DNA of 54,565 nucleotides from a virus (IMGVR_UViG_3300044676_000159:1-54565); one strand, 5' to 3'; counted from the stretch's first letter, positions 37,088 to 47,523 are shown. The notes: generated from the sequence alone by a model not told the origin. Made by a program: numbers and translations.

Positions 37088-38534
37088 GATACAGGAAACT
37101 GCAGCACCTGAATATGAAACTAGCAGCATAGAAGAACATGCTAACGTACTGTTTAAACCTAATCCGGGTCCACAGACAGAGTTTCTTGCAGCAAGTGAAC
37201 GTGAAGTTTTATATGGTGGTTCAGCAGGTGGCGGCAAGTCTTACGCTATGTTGGCTGACCCTCTTAGGTATATGGGGCATCCCGATTTCAGTGGATTGTT
37301 ACTTCGTCATACCACAGAAGAATTGCGAGAACTTATTTTTAAGTCGCAGGAATTGTACCCAAAAATCTGGCCCGGAATTAAATGGTCAGAAAGAAAGATG
37401 CAGTGGACTGCACCATCTGGCGCAAGGTTGTGGATGTCGTACCTCGACAGAGATGATGATGTGTTGCGTTATCAGGGTCTAGCATTTAGCTGGATAGGGT
37501 TTGACGAGTTAACTCAATGGTCCACACCCTACGCATGGAATTATATGCGTTCTCGTCTACGGTCCACTGCGCCTGATTTGCCTATCTTTATGAGGGCTAC
37601 AACTAACCCCGGTGGTAGAGGGCATCACTGGGTAAAGAAAATGTTCATTGATCCCTCGCCATACAATAAAGCGTTTGAGGCTACGGACAGTGAAACAGGA
37701 GAGGTGTTACGGTACCCAGCAGGACATCAGAAGGCTGGAAGACCTCTTTTTAAGCGAAGGTTTATACCCGCACGACTTTCTGATAATCCATACCTTGCGG
37801 AAGCAGGAGATTACGAAGCAATGCTTCTCTCCTTGCCAGAGCAACAAAGAAGACAACTTCTTGAGGGTGATTGGGATATCAAGGAAGGTGCAGCGTTTAC
37901 TGAGTTTGATCGCCGTATACATGTTATTGAGCCTTATGACATTCCTAATAATTGGGTTAAGTTTAGGGCTTGCGACTATGGTTACGGTAGCAAGTCTGGC
38001 GTTGTATGGTTTGCTGTCGCACCTGATGAGCAGCTTATCGTATATAGAGAATTATACGTGTCAAAAGTTTTGGCGACAGACTTGGCAGATATGATACTGG
38101 AAGCTGAAGCAGGAGACGGCAATATTAAGTATGGTGTTCTTGATAGTTCTCTTTGGCATAAGCGTGGCGATACTGGTCCTAGCCTTGCTGAGCAAATGAT
38201 TAGTCGTGGGTGCCGCTGGCGTCCATCAGACAGAAGTAGAGGTAGTCGTGTTGCTGGTAAAAATGAAATACATAGACGCTTACAGATAGATGAATTTACA
38301 GAGGAACCTAGACTTGTTTTCTTTAATACTTGCACAAACATCACGGCCCAACTTCCCGCCATACCGCTGGACAAGAAAAACCCAGAAGATATCGACACTA
38401 ATTCAGAAGATCACTTGTATGATGCGTTGAGGTATGGTATAATGTCACGACCAAGGTTTAGTATATTCGACTACGACCCAACAGGGCGACCAGCAGGTGG
38501 TATGAGAATGGCTGACGCTACGTTTGGTTACTAA
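36966..38534 (+). CDS. terL: Terminase large subunit
   Basis: GGSAGGGKS Walker A, FDE Walker B, TTNPGG, DYGY, DHLYDALRY; true start uncertain. Confidence 0.95.
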   Translation: MSDSVRTKLEASASGQNMRKRQSPKRKKSKKQEPAQKPAVEIQETAAPEYETSSIEEHANVLFKPNPGPQTEFLAASEREVLYGGSAGGGKSYAMLADPLRYMGHPDFSGLLLRHTTEELRELIFKSQELYPKIWPGIKWSERKMQWTAPSGARLWMSYLDRDDDVLRYQGLAFSWIGFDELTQWSTPYAWNYMRSRLRSTAPDLPIFMRATTNPGGRGHHWVKKMFIDPSPYNKAFEATDSETGEVLRYPAGHQKAGRPLFKRRFIPARLSDNPYLAEAGDYEAMLLSLPEQQRRQLLEGDWDIKEGAAFTEFDRRIHVIEPYDIPNNWVKFRACDYGYGSKSGVVWFAVAPDEQLIVYRELYVSKVLATDLADMILEAEAGDGNIKYGVLDSSLWHKRGDTGPSLAEQMISRGCRWRPSDRSRGSRVAGKNEIHRRLQIDEFTEEPRLVFFNTCTNITAQLPAIPLDKKNPEDIDTNSEDHLYDALRYGIMSRPRFSIFDYDPTGRPAGGMRMADATFGY

Positions 38535-38545
38535 AGGAAAAGAGC

Positions 38546-40693
38546 ATGGATGAAGATGAAATCATGATTGAAGACGACGCTATTGCGTTGGAGGATACAG
38601 ACGATTCTGTCGAGTATGATGCAGATGTGTCTAACATTATTCCTGTTATCATGGAAAAATATAAACGGGCAGAAGACTACCGCTATCAAGATGAAGAGCG
38701 TTGGCTAAAAGCCTATCGTAATTATCGCGGTCTATATGGACCAGATGTTCAGTTTACTGAAGCAGAAAAGTCTCGTGTGTTTATTAAGGTAACAAAGACC
38801 AAGACTCTGGCAGCTTATGGCCAGATTGTAGACGTATTGTTTGCTAATAACAAGTTTCCTCTTTCTATTGAGCCTACTGAGTTGCCAGAAGGAGTAGTAG
38901 CTGACGTACACTTTGATCCACAAGAGCCGGAGCAACTTCGTGGTGAAACGGCATTGTCTAGTCCCTACGGTTTTGCGGGTGATGGACAGGATTTGCCACC
39001 GGGTGCTACGGCTAAATCTTTAATGGACCAGCTTGGACCTTTAGCTGGTAAACTTGAAGGTGTAGAAGATAAACTAAAAGAAGGTCCGGGTAAAACACCA
39101 ACTGCAATTGAATTTAGCCCAGCTATGGTTGCAGCTAAAAAGATGCAAAAGAAAATACACGACCAGCTTGAAGAGTCTGGTGCTAACAAAAATTTGCGTA
39201 GCAGTGCATTTGAAATGGCCCTGTTTGGTACGGGCATCATGAAAGGTCCGTTTGCTACAGATAAAGAATATCCTAACTGGAATGAAGACGGAGAGTATGA
39301 CCCGTTGTTTAAAACTGTGCCACAGGTAAATCACGTATCCGTCTGGAATTTTTATCCAGACCCTGACGCTAATAACATGGATGAGGCACAGTTTATTATT
39401 GAACGACACAAAATGTCACGGTCTCAAATGAGGCAGCTTAAAAAGCGTCCTTATTTTCGTAGTCAAGTTATTGATGAAGCCATTCAAATGGGAGAAAACT
39501 ATAACAAAAAGTATTGGGAAGACGATTTGTCTGACTATGCACCAGAACATGGCATTGATCGTTTTGAAGTTCTGGAGTATTGGGGTACTGTAGATACAGA
39601 ACTACTTGAAGAAAACAACGTAGATGTTCCAAGCGAATTAAAAGATTTTGATGAACTGCAAGCTAACGTCTGGCTTTGTAATGGGAAACTTCTTCGCATG
39701 GTCCTTAACCCATTTAAGCCAGCACGTATTCCTTATGTAGCTGCACCATATGAACTGAATCCTTATAGTTTTTTTGGTGTAGGCATTGCAGAGAACATGG
39801 ACGATACACAAACGCTAATGAATGGTTTTATGCGTATGGCAGTAGATAATGCGGTATTATCGGGTAATCTTATCGTTGAAGTTGATGAGACTAACTTGGT
39901 ACCGGGACAAGACTTGTCACTTTATCCGGGTAAGGTGTTCCGTCGTCAGGGTGGCGCGCCGGGTCAAGCTATCTTTGGGACAAAGTTTCCCAATGTGTCT
40001 AGCGAAAACATGATGCTGTTTGATAAAGCGCGTGTCCTTGCAGATGAAAGCACAGGCTTCCCGTCTTTTGCTCATGGGCAAACTGGCGTATCTGGTATTG
40101 GCCGTACAGCTAGTGGCATTTCAATGCTGATGGGTGCGGCTGCTGGCAGTATTAAAACCGTTATCAAAAATGTAGACGATTATTTGCTTCGTCCTCTTGG
40201 CGAAGGCTTCTTCCGTTTCAACATGCAGTTTGACTTTGACCCAGAAATTAAAGGCGACCTTGAAGTTAAAGCACGTGGTACAGAGAGCCTAATGGCTAAT
40301 GAAGTGCGCAGCCAACGCTTGATGCAGTTCTTGCAAGTAGCAAGTAGTCCTGCTTTGGCACCGTTTGCAAAGTTCCAATATGTAATCCGTGAGATTGCAA
40401 AATCTATGGACCTTGATCCCGACAAAGTAACCAACAATATGAATGAAGCCGCCTTGCAAGCAGAACTGATGAAACAGTTCCAAGCACCATTGCCAGAACA
40501 ACCACAGCAAGGACAGCCAGCACCTGCTGGTGCAGACGCTATGGATACTTCTGGTGCAGGTGGCGGCACAATTGGTGTAGGACAGGCTCCTATACCGGGT
40601 GAACAAGGATTTAGTGGAAATGAACAACCAACAAATATTGAGCAAACTCAAACCGTGGGTCAACAACAACCGCCAGTGGGAAGCGTTCAGTAG
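38546..40693 (+). CDS. Portal protein
   Basis: 715 aa after TerL; FGTGIMKG, YPDP, RTASGISML motifs. Confidence 0.85.
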   Translation: MDEDEIMIEDDAIALEDTDDSVEYDADVSNIIPVIMEKYKRAEDYRYQDEERWLKAYRNYRGLYGPDVQFTEAEKSRVFIKVTKTKTLAAYGQIVDVLFANNKFPLSIEPTELPEGVVADVHFDPQEPEQLRGETALSSPYGFAGDGQDLPPGATAKSLMDQLGPLAGKLEGVEDKLKEGPGKTPTAIEFSPAMVAAKKMQKKIHDQLEESGANKNLRSSAFEMALFGTGIMKGPFATDKEYPNWNEDGEYDPLFKTVPQVNHVSVWNFYPDPDANNMDEAQFIIERHKMSRSQMRQLKKRPYFRSQVIDEAIQMGENYNKKYWEDDLSDYAPEHGIDRFEVLEYWGTVDTELLEENNVDVPSELKDFDELQANVWLCNGKLLRMVLNPFKPARIPYVAAPYELNPYSFFGVGIAENMDDTQTLMNGFMRMAVDNAVLSGNLIVEVDETNLVPGQDLSLYPGKVFRRQGGAPGQAIFGTKFPNVSSENMMLFDKARVLADESTGFPSFAHGQTGVSGIGRTASGISMLMGAAAGSIKTVIKNVDDYLLRPLGEGFFRFNMQFDFDPEIKGDLEVKARGTESLMANEVRSQRLMQFLQVASSPALAPFAKFQYVIREIAKSMDLDPDKVTNNMNEAALQAELMKQFQAPLPEQPQQGQPAPAGADAMDTSGAGGGTIGVGQAPIPGEQGFSGNEQPTNIEQTQTVGQQQPPVGSVQ

Positions 40694-40832
40694 TTATATA
40701 GATACGTTGATAGAGCAGCAGCACAAGGCTCTAGAACAATCAGACAATAACATCCTCATGCACAGATCACAGGGTGCTATTTCTACATTGCGTAAACTTA
40801 AAACTCTTAGGGACGAAGTAAATAGTGCGTAA
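40620..40832 (+). CDS. Small conserved protein after portal
   Basis: HRSQGAI..LRKL..LRDEV motif. Confidence 0.6.
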   Translation: MNNQQILSKLKPWVNNNRQWEAFSSYIDTLIEQQHKALEQSDNNILMHRSQGAISTLRKLKTLRDEVNSA

Positions 40833-43800
40833 CCTAGACGAACAAATGGATTTGTTTAACTCTCGCTCAAGTAACTTTGAGCCGATTGAACCTTTGCCTA
40901 AAAACCCTATTACGGGTGAGCCAGAATTTACAGAGCCTTTTGATCCAGAGTTATTGGCAGAAGCTAAACGTGACGTACAGAAAGCCCCTATTGATATTGC
41001 TGAAGGTGCTATTACTGCGCCAATAACTGCAGCAGGAGACATTGTTGATCTAGGGGCTATGCTTCCTGATACAACACCAGAACAAGCCCTAATATCTCCT
41101 ACATATGCTGCTATTGAAGAAACATTTGATATACTAGCAAGAGCCGGTATTAGTCGTGATAATGCGGTAAAACTTATCAATGAAAATACTCCTATAAATC
41201 TTGAAGATAATGTTGGCGAGTTTGTAGGTGAAGCAGTGGGTGTTACAGCTACAGGTGTTGCGAAAGCTGCCACTGGTCTTGCTAAGATTGCATCCAAGTA
41301 CGGAGATGAAGCAGGTAAATATCTAAGTGAAATTGGGAATGAACTTGGCGACATGTTCCGTGCAGCTACTCCCGGTGGCGATGACTTTGATGGCATGGCC
41401 CCTGCAACGGTTAATGCAGGAACGACCATTAAAACCAGCACGGACTTTGAACGCCCTAGTATATTTAGAATTTTTGGCGGAACACAGGGACGCACTGCCG
41501 ATACCCGAATTAAAAAAGCAGAAGAAGCTGAAAAGGTAAACTCTGACCCTGAGTACGTATTTAAGGAGTCTAGCGTTTTCCGTGGTGAAGATAAGAAAGT
41601 TCGCTACGAAATAGCCACAAAAGATGTAGAACTTTTGCCTTATTTTAAAAAGCAGGGTAAAGTAGACGATCATCCTGAAATTAAAGACGACAAAGGCAAC
41701 GTGGTACAAGAACAAATGTATCAGGTCTTTGAAGACCCGTCTATGAAAAGAAAAATTGTTCTTGCAGATATTATCAAGTTTGATGAACTGTTCAAAGAAT
41801 ACCCCCATCTTAAAGGTACGCAGGTTCGTCGTTTAGGAGATGCGGCTGCAGAAGACGGCACACGTGCTATGTATGATTCTTTTGATGATGTTATCTATGT
41901 AGCAGACTTAGAAGAAGAAGAGTTTATATCTATTCTTTTGCACGAAATACAACATGCCGTAGACCATTTTGAGGGTCGTCAGTATGGTGCAAGTCCTACA
42001 ATGTTTAGCACAGAAGCAATGCGAGAAGCAACTTCTAAGTTGGAACAATTAAAGGGTGAACGAAACAACTTTTTTCATTTTATAACAAATAAAGAGACAT
42101 CTGAAAACTTTGAAAAGTATACTCCAGATGAATTAGATAAGCTGCGATCTAATGAGTTTCAGTTACTTATGTCTTCAGTATATTCTGATAAATATGTAAA
42201 TGATGAAGCATTTGACGTCTACAGAAAAAAATTTGATCCTATTATTGCAAAGTTTGCAGATTGGGAACAAGCAGATTTTCAAAAGCTAATAAAGCTACGT
42301 AACGAATATGACATATTAGAAAAACAAGCCAAGATTGATGAGAAAGAAGCGTTTCGTAAATACCGTAGCGCAGGTGGCGAAGTAGACGCACGTAATGTAC
42401 AGATACGTAGATCAAAACCAGAGACACAGTTGAATGTGTTACCAAGTAAAACGGCAGACATGCCTAAAGACTTGGACTTAATAGATAAGTTTGGTAAGCC
42501 GGTTAGCCTATCAGAAAAATCTCCGCTTCGTGTGCTATTTGACGAACTGCCTGAGACGGAACGTGCAATGCTTCCACCACAGCCAGATGCAAATAGACTA
42601 TATGGATATCATGGTACAGCCAGTGCGCGAGGGGCGGACGAACCTTTTTTTGATATTAACTTTGCACGTACCAACGACCAGTTTCTTGGCGAAGGATTTT
42701 ACTTTACGCTTGATCCTGAAGTAGCATCTGAGTATGCAAGCCTACGCTCTATTGGCAGAAACTTTGAAAAAACCATCAAGGGTGATGCTGCACGTAAAAT
42801 TTTGACAACACCAAATGTGCAAAAAGAGTTTGTTGGTGGTTTAGGTAAAGATGTATCTGTTCACGTAACGCCCGGTGGCGATTATGTTACTGTCGGCAGC
42901 ATTATGAAGGGCAAAAATATTTATGGCGAAGACATTGCGCAGGGGCAGTATGTTGGTCGCTTCGATCTGTCTAATCTCAAGAAACCATACGTAGTCCGCA
43001 CAGAAAAGCAGCGCACAGAACTTAAAGACAAAATACCAGAATTAAAAGAACAAGGATACGACTCTGTTCTATTTGCTGATTTTAAAGACCGGTCTAAACA
43101 AATCATGGTCTTTCCAGAGCATATGGATAAGATTGATACGTCTGCCATTGCAGGACGCAGTGCTAGTGTTGTTACAGAAACACCTAAAGAAATGATTTCT
43201 GTATTTCCTAAACCAGAGCGTATGTTTCCTGAAGGAGATAGACCAAAAGGCGGCGATTATTTGAATCCACAAACAGGTGAAGTGCTTAGTGGTAGAAATG
43301 TTTCTTCAGCTAATATAAAAATTAATCCCGATGGAAAGCCTTCTTTTAAAGTATCTAATGACGATGTGGAAACAATAGGTTCTACAGGCAAAGGTAAATC
43401 TAATATTAAGGTAAACTTGTTTAAGAAAAAGGCAGGTTGGAAATGGGATTCTGCGCCAACAAACTATGCAAATGTGGAAACTCTTGTTTCAGTAGAACAC
43501 AAAGGTAAACATTATTATACAGTAGAAACTGATTTTACTTCTGGCGTAAATCTTAAAAAATATCCAGACTCAAAAACGGAACCTCGACTACGGCCTACTC
43601 TGATAGGTAGTATAGAACTTGGTGAGCCGGTAGGAACAATATCAGTACGTGGAAAACAACATCCTGTTTATTCACAAATTAAAACATTTAACAAAGGTGG
43701 AGTAGTATCTATGGATAGACAAATGAGTATGTTTGAAGACGGTGGTCTTATGGATGAAGGTGGTACAATAGACCCTGTGTCTGGTAATGACGTACCACCC

Positions 43801-45264
43801 GGCTCTACTCAAGAAGAAGTGCGAGATGACATTCCAGCACAGCTTAGTGAAGGCGAGTTTGTATTTCCAGCAGATGTAGTTCGATATTGGGGATTGGATA
43901 CTCTTATGCGTATGCGCCAGCAAGCTAAGATGGGTCTACGCATGATGGAAGAAATGGGTCAGATGGGCAACAGCGAAGAAGCTACTATTCCTGACGACAT
44001 TCCTTTTGACATTAATGATCTTGACATGGAAGACGAACCAGAGTATAATGTAGGTGGTTTTGTTCCTGCTAATCAACAACAGCAGGAAATGGGAATATCG
44101 GGATATCAAGCAGCACCAATGCCTACTACCTCATATGCGACACAACCTATTCAGGCTGCGTCACAACAGTTTGTGCAGCCTGTAACTCGTCCAGCACAGG
44201 CATACGTACCTACACAGCAAGTGCCTACACCTATGCCTACCTTTGGTGAAATTACCGGGCCGGGTGTTCCAGAGGTAGACTTTGAGTTTGCTACCTTCCG
44301 TAATGAAGCAGGTCAGGAAATTCAACTGCGAATTAAAAAAGGCAGTCGTGGTGAACTTCTTCCGGGCGAAGTATTGCCCGAAGGTTATAGCTGGGTTGAT
44401 CCTACAGCAACGAAGACAGAAGAAGTAACCACTGCTCCTACTACATACCAGACAACACAAGTTACTAAACCAGAAGGTGATGGTGATGCAGAACGTCAAC
44501 GCCGTGAAGAAGAAAGATTTGGACCGGGTGGTGGAAGACTTGCGGTAGACGGTGTTGTTTATGGTGTTTCATTTGATATGCCCGAAGGATTTATTCCGGG
44601 AATAGGCACTGGATTATCAACAGCTTTTGGTTTAGCAGCAGGAAAACCTTTGCCTGAAGATGTAACAGTAAACTTTAAACGTGATGATACTACATTTAGA
44701 CTTACAGGCACAGAATATAATCTACTAAAAGATAATCTAACTAATCAAACAGGTCAAAATTTGATTAATAAAGCTATTGATAGAACTGATACACAAGATA
44801 GAATACGTGCTGTTACAGACAAATATGCTGAAGCATTATCTTCTGATGACAAAGATACTTCTCAAAATGCTCAGAAAGTAGTAAATGCGTATATCAAGCA
44901 AGCAGTAAAGAAAAACATTGACAAAAAAACAGGTCAAGTTATCAATCCGTTTGAAGCTAATAGAGGCCCTTCTCCATCACAAGCACCTACTTTGTCTCAA
45001 ATGCGACAAAAAGAAAGTGATGGAAGCGGTGCTTCGTCTAGCGGCACTACTAAATCTTCCGGTGCAGATTGGAGTGCGGGTTCATCTTCTAGTGGCACAG
45101 GAAGTGGCACAGGAAGTGGCACTGGATATGATAGAGATACAGACAGAGGTGGTGGTGGTATAGGCGGGGGTTTTGATGATTTTCGCGCCAAAGGCGGTTT
45201 AATTGAAAAACCCAAGCCAAAAACTAAAAAGATGAAGCGAGGTGGACTAGCTTCTAAAAAATAG
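40825..45264 (+). CDS. Large polyvalent protein (zincin-like peptidase, ADP-ribosyltransferase-like domain, unknown domains)
   Basis: LLHEIQH at 41935-41955; YHGT...GEGFYFT...YA...GYDSV...IMVF at ~42600-43115; LSEGEFV domain. Confidence 0.75.
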   Translation: MRNLDEQMDLFNSRSSNFEPIEPLPKNPITGEPEFTEPFDPELLAEAKRDVQKAPIDIAEGAITAPITAAGDIVDLGAMLPDTTPEQALISPTYAAIEETFDILARAGISRDNAVKLINENTPINLEDNVGEFVGEAVGVTATGVAKAATGLAKIASKYGDEAGKYLSEIGNELGDMFRAATPGGDDFDGMAPATVNAGTTIKTSTDFERPSIFRIFGGTQGRTADTRIKKAEEAEKVNSDPEYVFKESSVFRGEDKKVRYEIATKDVELLPYFKKQGKVDDHPEIKDDKGNVVQEQMYQVFEDPSMKRKIVLADIIKFDELFKEYPHLKGTQVRRLGDAAAEDGTRAMYDSFDDVIYVADLEEEEFISILLHEIQHAVDHFEGRQYGASPTMFSTEAMREATSKLEQLKGERNNFFHFITNKETSENFEKYTPDELDKLRSNEFQLLMSSVYSDKYVNDEAFDVYRKKFDPIIAKFADWEQADFQKLIKLRNEYDILEKQAKIDEKEAFRKYRSAGGEVDARNVQIRRSKPETQLNVLPSKTADMPKDLDLIDKFGKPVSLSEKSPLRVLFDELPETERAMLPPQPDANRLYGYHGTASARGADEPFFDINFARTNDQFLGEGFYFTLDPEVASEYASLRSIGRNFEKTIKGDAARKILTTPNVQKEFVGGLGKDVSVHVTPGGDYVTVGSIMKGKNIYGEDIAQGQYVGRFDLSNLKKPYVVRTEKQRTELKDKIPELKEQGYDSVLFADFKDRSKQIMVFPEHMDKIDTSAIAGRSASVVTETPKEMISVFPKPERMFPEGDRPKGGDYLNPQTGEVLSGRNVSSANIKINPDGKPSFKVSNDDVETIGSTGKGKSNIKVNLFKKKAGWKWDSAPTNYANVETLVSVEHKGKHYYTVETDFTSGVNLKKYPDSKTEPRLRPTLIGSIELGEPVGTISVRGKQHPVYSQIKTFNKGGVVSMDRQMSMFEDGGLMDEGGTIDPVSGNDVPPGSTQEEVRDDIPAQLSEGEFVFPADVVRYWGLDTLMRMRQQAKMGLRMMEEMGQMGNSEEATIPDDIPFDINDLDMEDEPEYNVGGFVPANQQQQEMGISGYQAAPMPTTSYATQPIQAASQQFVQPVTRPAQAYVPTQQVPTPMPTFGEITGPGVPEVDFEFATFRNEAGQEIQLRIKKGSRGELLPGEVLPEGYSWVDPTATKTEEVTTAPTTYQTTQVTKPEGDGDAERQRREEERFGPGGGRLAVDGVVYGVSFDMPEGFIPGIGTGLSTAFGLAAGKPLPEDVTVNFKRDDTTFRLTGTEYNLLKDNLTNQTGQNLINKAIDRTDTQDRIRAVTDKYAEALSSDDKDTSQNAQKVVNAYIKQAVKKNIDKKTGQVINPFEANRGPSPSQAPTLSQMRQKESDGSGASSSGTTKSSGADWSAGSSSSGTGSGTGSGTGYDRDTDRGGGGIGGGFDDFRAKGGLIEKPKPKTKKMKRGGLASKK
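45091..45126 (+). repeat. 12-nt tandem repeat x3 (SGTG)
   Basis: agtggcacagga agtggcacagga agtggcactgga. Confidence 0.8.
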
Positions 45265-45337
45265 TTCACATATATGTTGGCTACCTGATCCCCCACCCGA
45301 CGTGGCTACGGTTGGCCCCAACTTGGAGAATAGAAAA

Positions 45338-46213
45338 ATGGCAGAGTCTGCTACAATTATGGCTGAAGAAATGCAGCCAGAAAAGAAAGTCGCTTTTGCA
45401 AATCGTAAGTACACTAACGAAGAAAAGCGTAGAATAGAAGAAGAAGAACTTGAGCAACTAATCAAGGAACAAAAAAACGAAGTAGGACAAGAAGCTGCTG
45501 AACCAGAAGAAGAACCTGTAAACGCAGAAGAAAAAACTTTTAAGAAACGTTACTCAGATTTGCGTAGGCATCAGCAGCAACAAGCAGAAGAGTTTAAAAA
45601 AGAAATTGCAGAACTCCGCAATCAACTCGACAGTGCTACAAAAAAAGAAATGAAGTTGCCTAAGTCCGATGAGGACATTGAACAGTGGGCAAAAGATTAT
45701 CCTGACGTAGCAGCCATTGTTGAAACAATTGCAATGAAGAAGGCACGTGAGCAATCTACTGCTCTGGAAGAACGCCTCAAAGCAATTGACGAAATGCAAC
45801 TGTCTGCTACAAAAGAAAAAGCTGAAGCAGAACTTATGCGTTTGCATCCTGACTTTGACGAAATTCGTGACGATGACGCATTTCATGAGTGGGCAGAAGA
45901 CCAGCCAAAGTGGGTACAAGATGCATTGTACGATAATGACAATGACGCACGTTCTGCTGCACGAGCAATTGACTTGTATAAAGCTGACATGGGAATTGAT
46001 AAGAAAAAACCTAAGTCAGATAAAGATGCTGCAAAGTCTGTGTCTACAAAGAACAGTCGCAGCAAACCTCAAGAGAATGAAGCATCTACATATTTGAAAG
46101 AGTCGCAAGTACAAAAAATGTCGCCTCAAGAGTATGAGAAGCGTTCAGACGAAATCATGGAAGCTATCCGTAGTGGTAAGTTTATCTATGATGTATCTGG
46201 TTCAGCCAGATAA
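45338..46213 (+). CDS. Capsid scaffolding protein
   Basis: Acidic coiled coil, FKKRYSDLRRH, immediately upstream of MCP; GGAG RBS before ATG 45338. Confidence 0.75.
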   Translation: MAESATIMAEEMQPEKKVAFANRKYTNEEKRRIEEEELEQLIKEQKNEVGQEAAEPEEEPVNAEEKTFKKRYSDLRRHQQQQAEEFKKEIAELRNQLDSATKKEMKLPKSDEDIEQWAKDYPDVAAIVETIAMKKAREQSTALEERLKAIDEMQLSATKEKAEAELMRLHPDFDEIRDDDAFHEWAEDQPKWVQDALYDNDNDARSAARAIDLYKADMGIDKKKPKSDKDAAKSVSTKNSRSKPQENEASTYLKESQVQKMSPQEYEKRSDEIMEAIRSGKFIYDVSGSAR

Positions 46214-46220
46214 AAAAGTG

Positions 46221-46248
46221 TTGACAAATAGTTAAAAGTAAGTATAAC
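46221..46248 (+). promoter_or_regulatory. Promoter TTGACA-N16-TATAAC upstream of the capsid gene
   Basis: Near-consensus hexamers followed by a ~200-nt leader. Confidence 0.6.
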
Positions 46249-46452
46249 TATAGTCATCAAGGGTGTAAGTAGGTTAGCTACCCGCTTACACCAATCAGCA
46301 AACACAACCTATGTCTTACGGATTACCTGACGAACATGGCCCGTTGACTATCTGGTAGGCCAACTAGATAAGATACGCACCCATAGTGAATCAGCCTCTG
46401 ATTAGTCTGGTGAGTTTGTATCTGTTTAAATGCCAATAATAGGAGAAATATC

Positions 46453-47523
46453 ATGGCTTTTACATCCGCAGCTGGGTATGGTAATCTTCCTAACGGTAAT
46501 TTTTCACCAGTCATTTACTCCAAACAGGTGCAACTTGCTTTCCGCAAGGCCGCTGTTTGTGAGGCAATCACCAACTCCGATTACTTCGGTGAGATTGCTG
46601 CAATGGGTGATTCCGTTAAGATTATCAAGGAACCCGAAATCACAGTTAAGGCTTACGCACGTGGTACAACCATCACGCCGCAAGACCTTGACGATGAAGA
46701 CTTCAGCCTGACCATTGACAAAGCTAACTACTTTGCATTTAAGGTTGACGACATTGAAGAGGCACACAGCCACGTTAACTTCCAGAGCCTCGCCTCTGAC
46801 CGTGCTGCTTACCGCCTCGCTGACCAGTTCGACCAAGACGTTCTTGGCTACCTGTCTGGTTACACTCAGTCGGCTATCCACGGTACGCCGGATACTGTCA
46901 ACACTACCACTAACGGTACTGTTGCTGTATCTACTGCTGGTTCTGACGAACTGCTTTCTAGCATGAAGCTGGAAGGTACTAACTTCAACGATGGTGGTGG
47001 TTCGCTGTCATCTAACGAAGCAATTGCTATCCTGCCACGTGCAGGTGGCTCAACACCTCCAACTAATGCTGGTGATGCAAACCCATTGCAAGTTATTGCT
47101 CGTATGGCTCGTTTGCTTGACCAACAGAATGTTGACACGCAGGGACGCTGGCTCGTACTTGACCCGGTATTCATTGAGGTGCTGAAAGACGAAGACTCTC
47201 GTCTTTTTGATGCAGACTTTGGTGGTTCGGGTCTTCAGAATGGTATTGTTAGCAATAACATTCTTGGCTTCACTGTCTACCAATCTAACAACCTTCCTGC
47301 CGTTGGTACTGGTCCGTCATTTGCTGGCGCAAACAGTGCAGTTAACTACGGCGTGGTTGTTGCCGGTCATTCTTCTGCTGTTGCAACTGCAGAGCAGATT
47401 AATAAGACCGAAACCTACCGTGACCCTGACAGCTTCGCTGACATCGTTCGTGGTATGCACCTGTATGGCCGCAAGATTCTTCGTCCTGAAGCACTTGTTA
47501 ACGCCAAATACCATCTGGCTTAA
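46453..47523 (+). CDS. Major capsid protein
   Basis: FSPVIYSK, GDSVKI, FADIVRGMHLYGRKILRPEA; biased codon usage. Confidence 0.9.
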   Translation: MAFTSAAGYGNLPNGNFSPVIYSKQVQLAFRKAAVCEAITNSDYFGEIAAMGDSVKIIKEPEITVKAYARGTTITPQDLDDEDFSLTIDKANYFAFKVDDIEEAHSHVNFQSLASDRAAYRLADQFDQDVLGYLSGYTQSAIHGTPDTVNTTTNGTVAVSTAGSDELLSSMKLEGTNFNDGGGSLSSNEAIAILPRAGGSTPPTNAGDANPLQVIARMARLLDQQNVDTQGRWLVLDPVFIEVLKDEDSRLFDADFGGSGLQNGIVSNNILGFTVYQSNNLPAVGTGPSFAGANSAVNYGVVVAGHSSAVATAEQINKTETYRDPDSFADIVRGMHLYGRKILRPEALVNAKYHLA

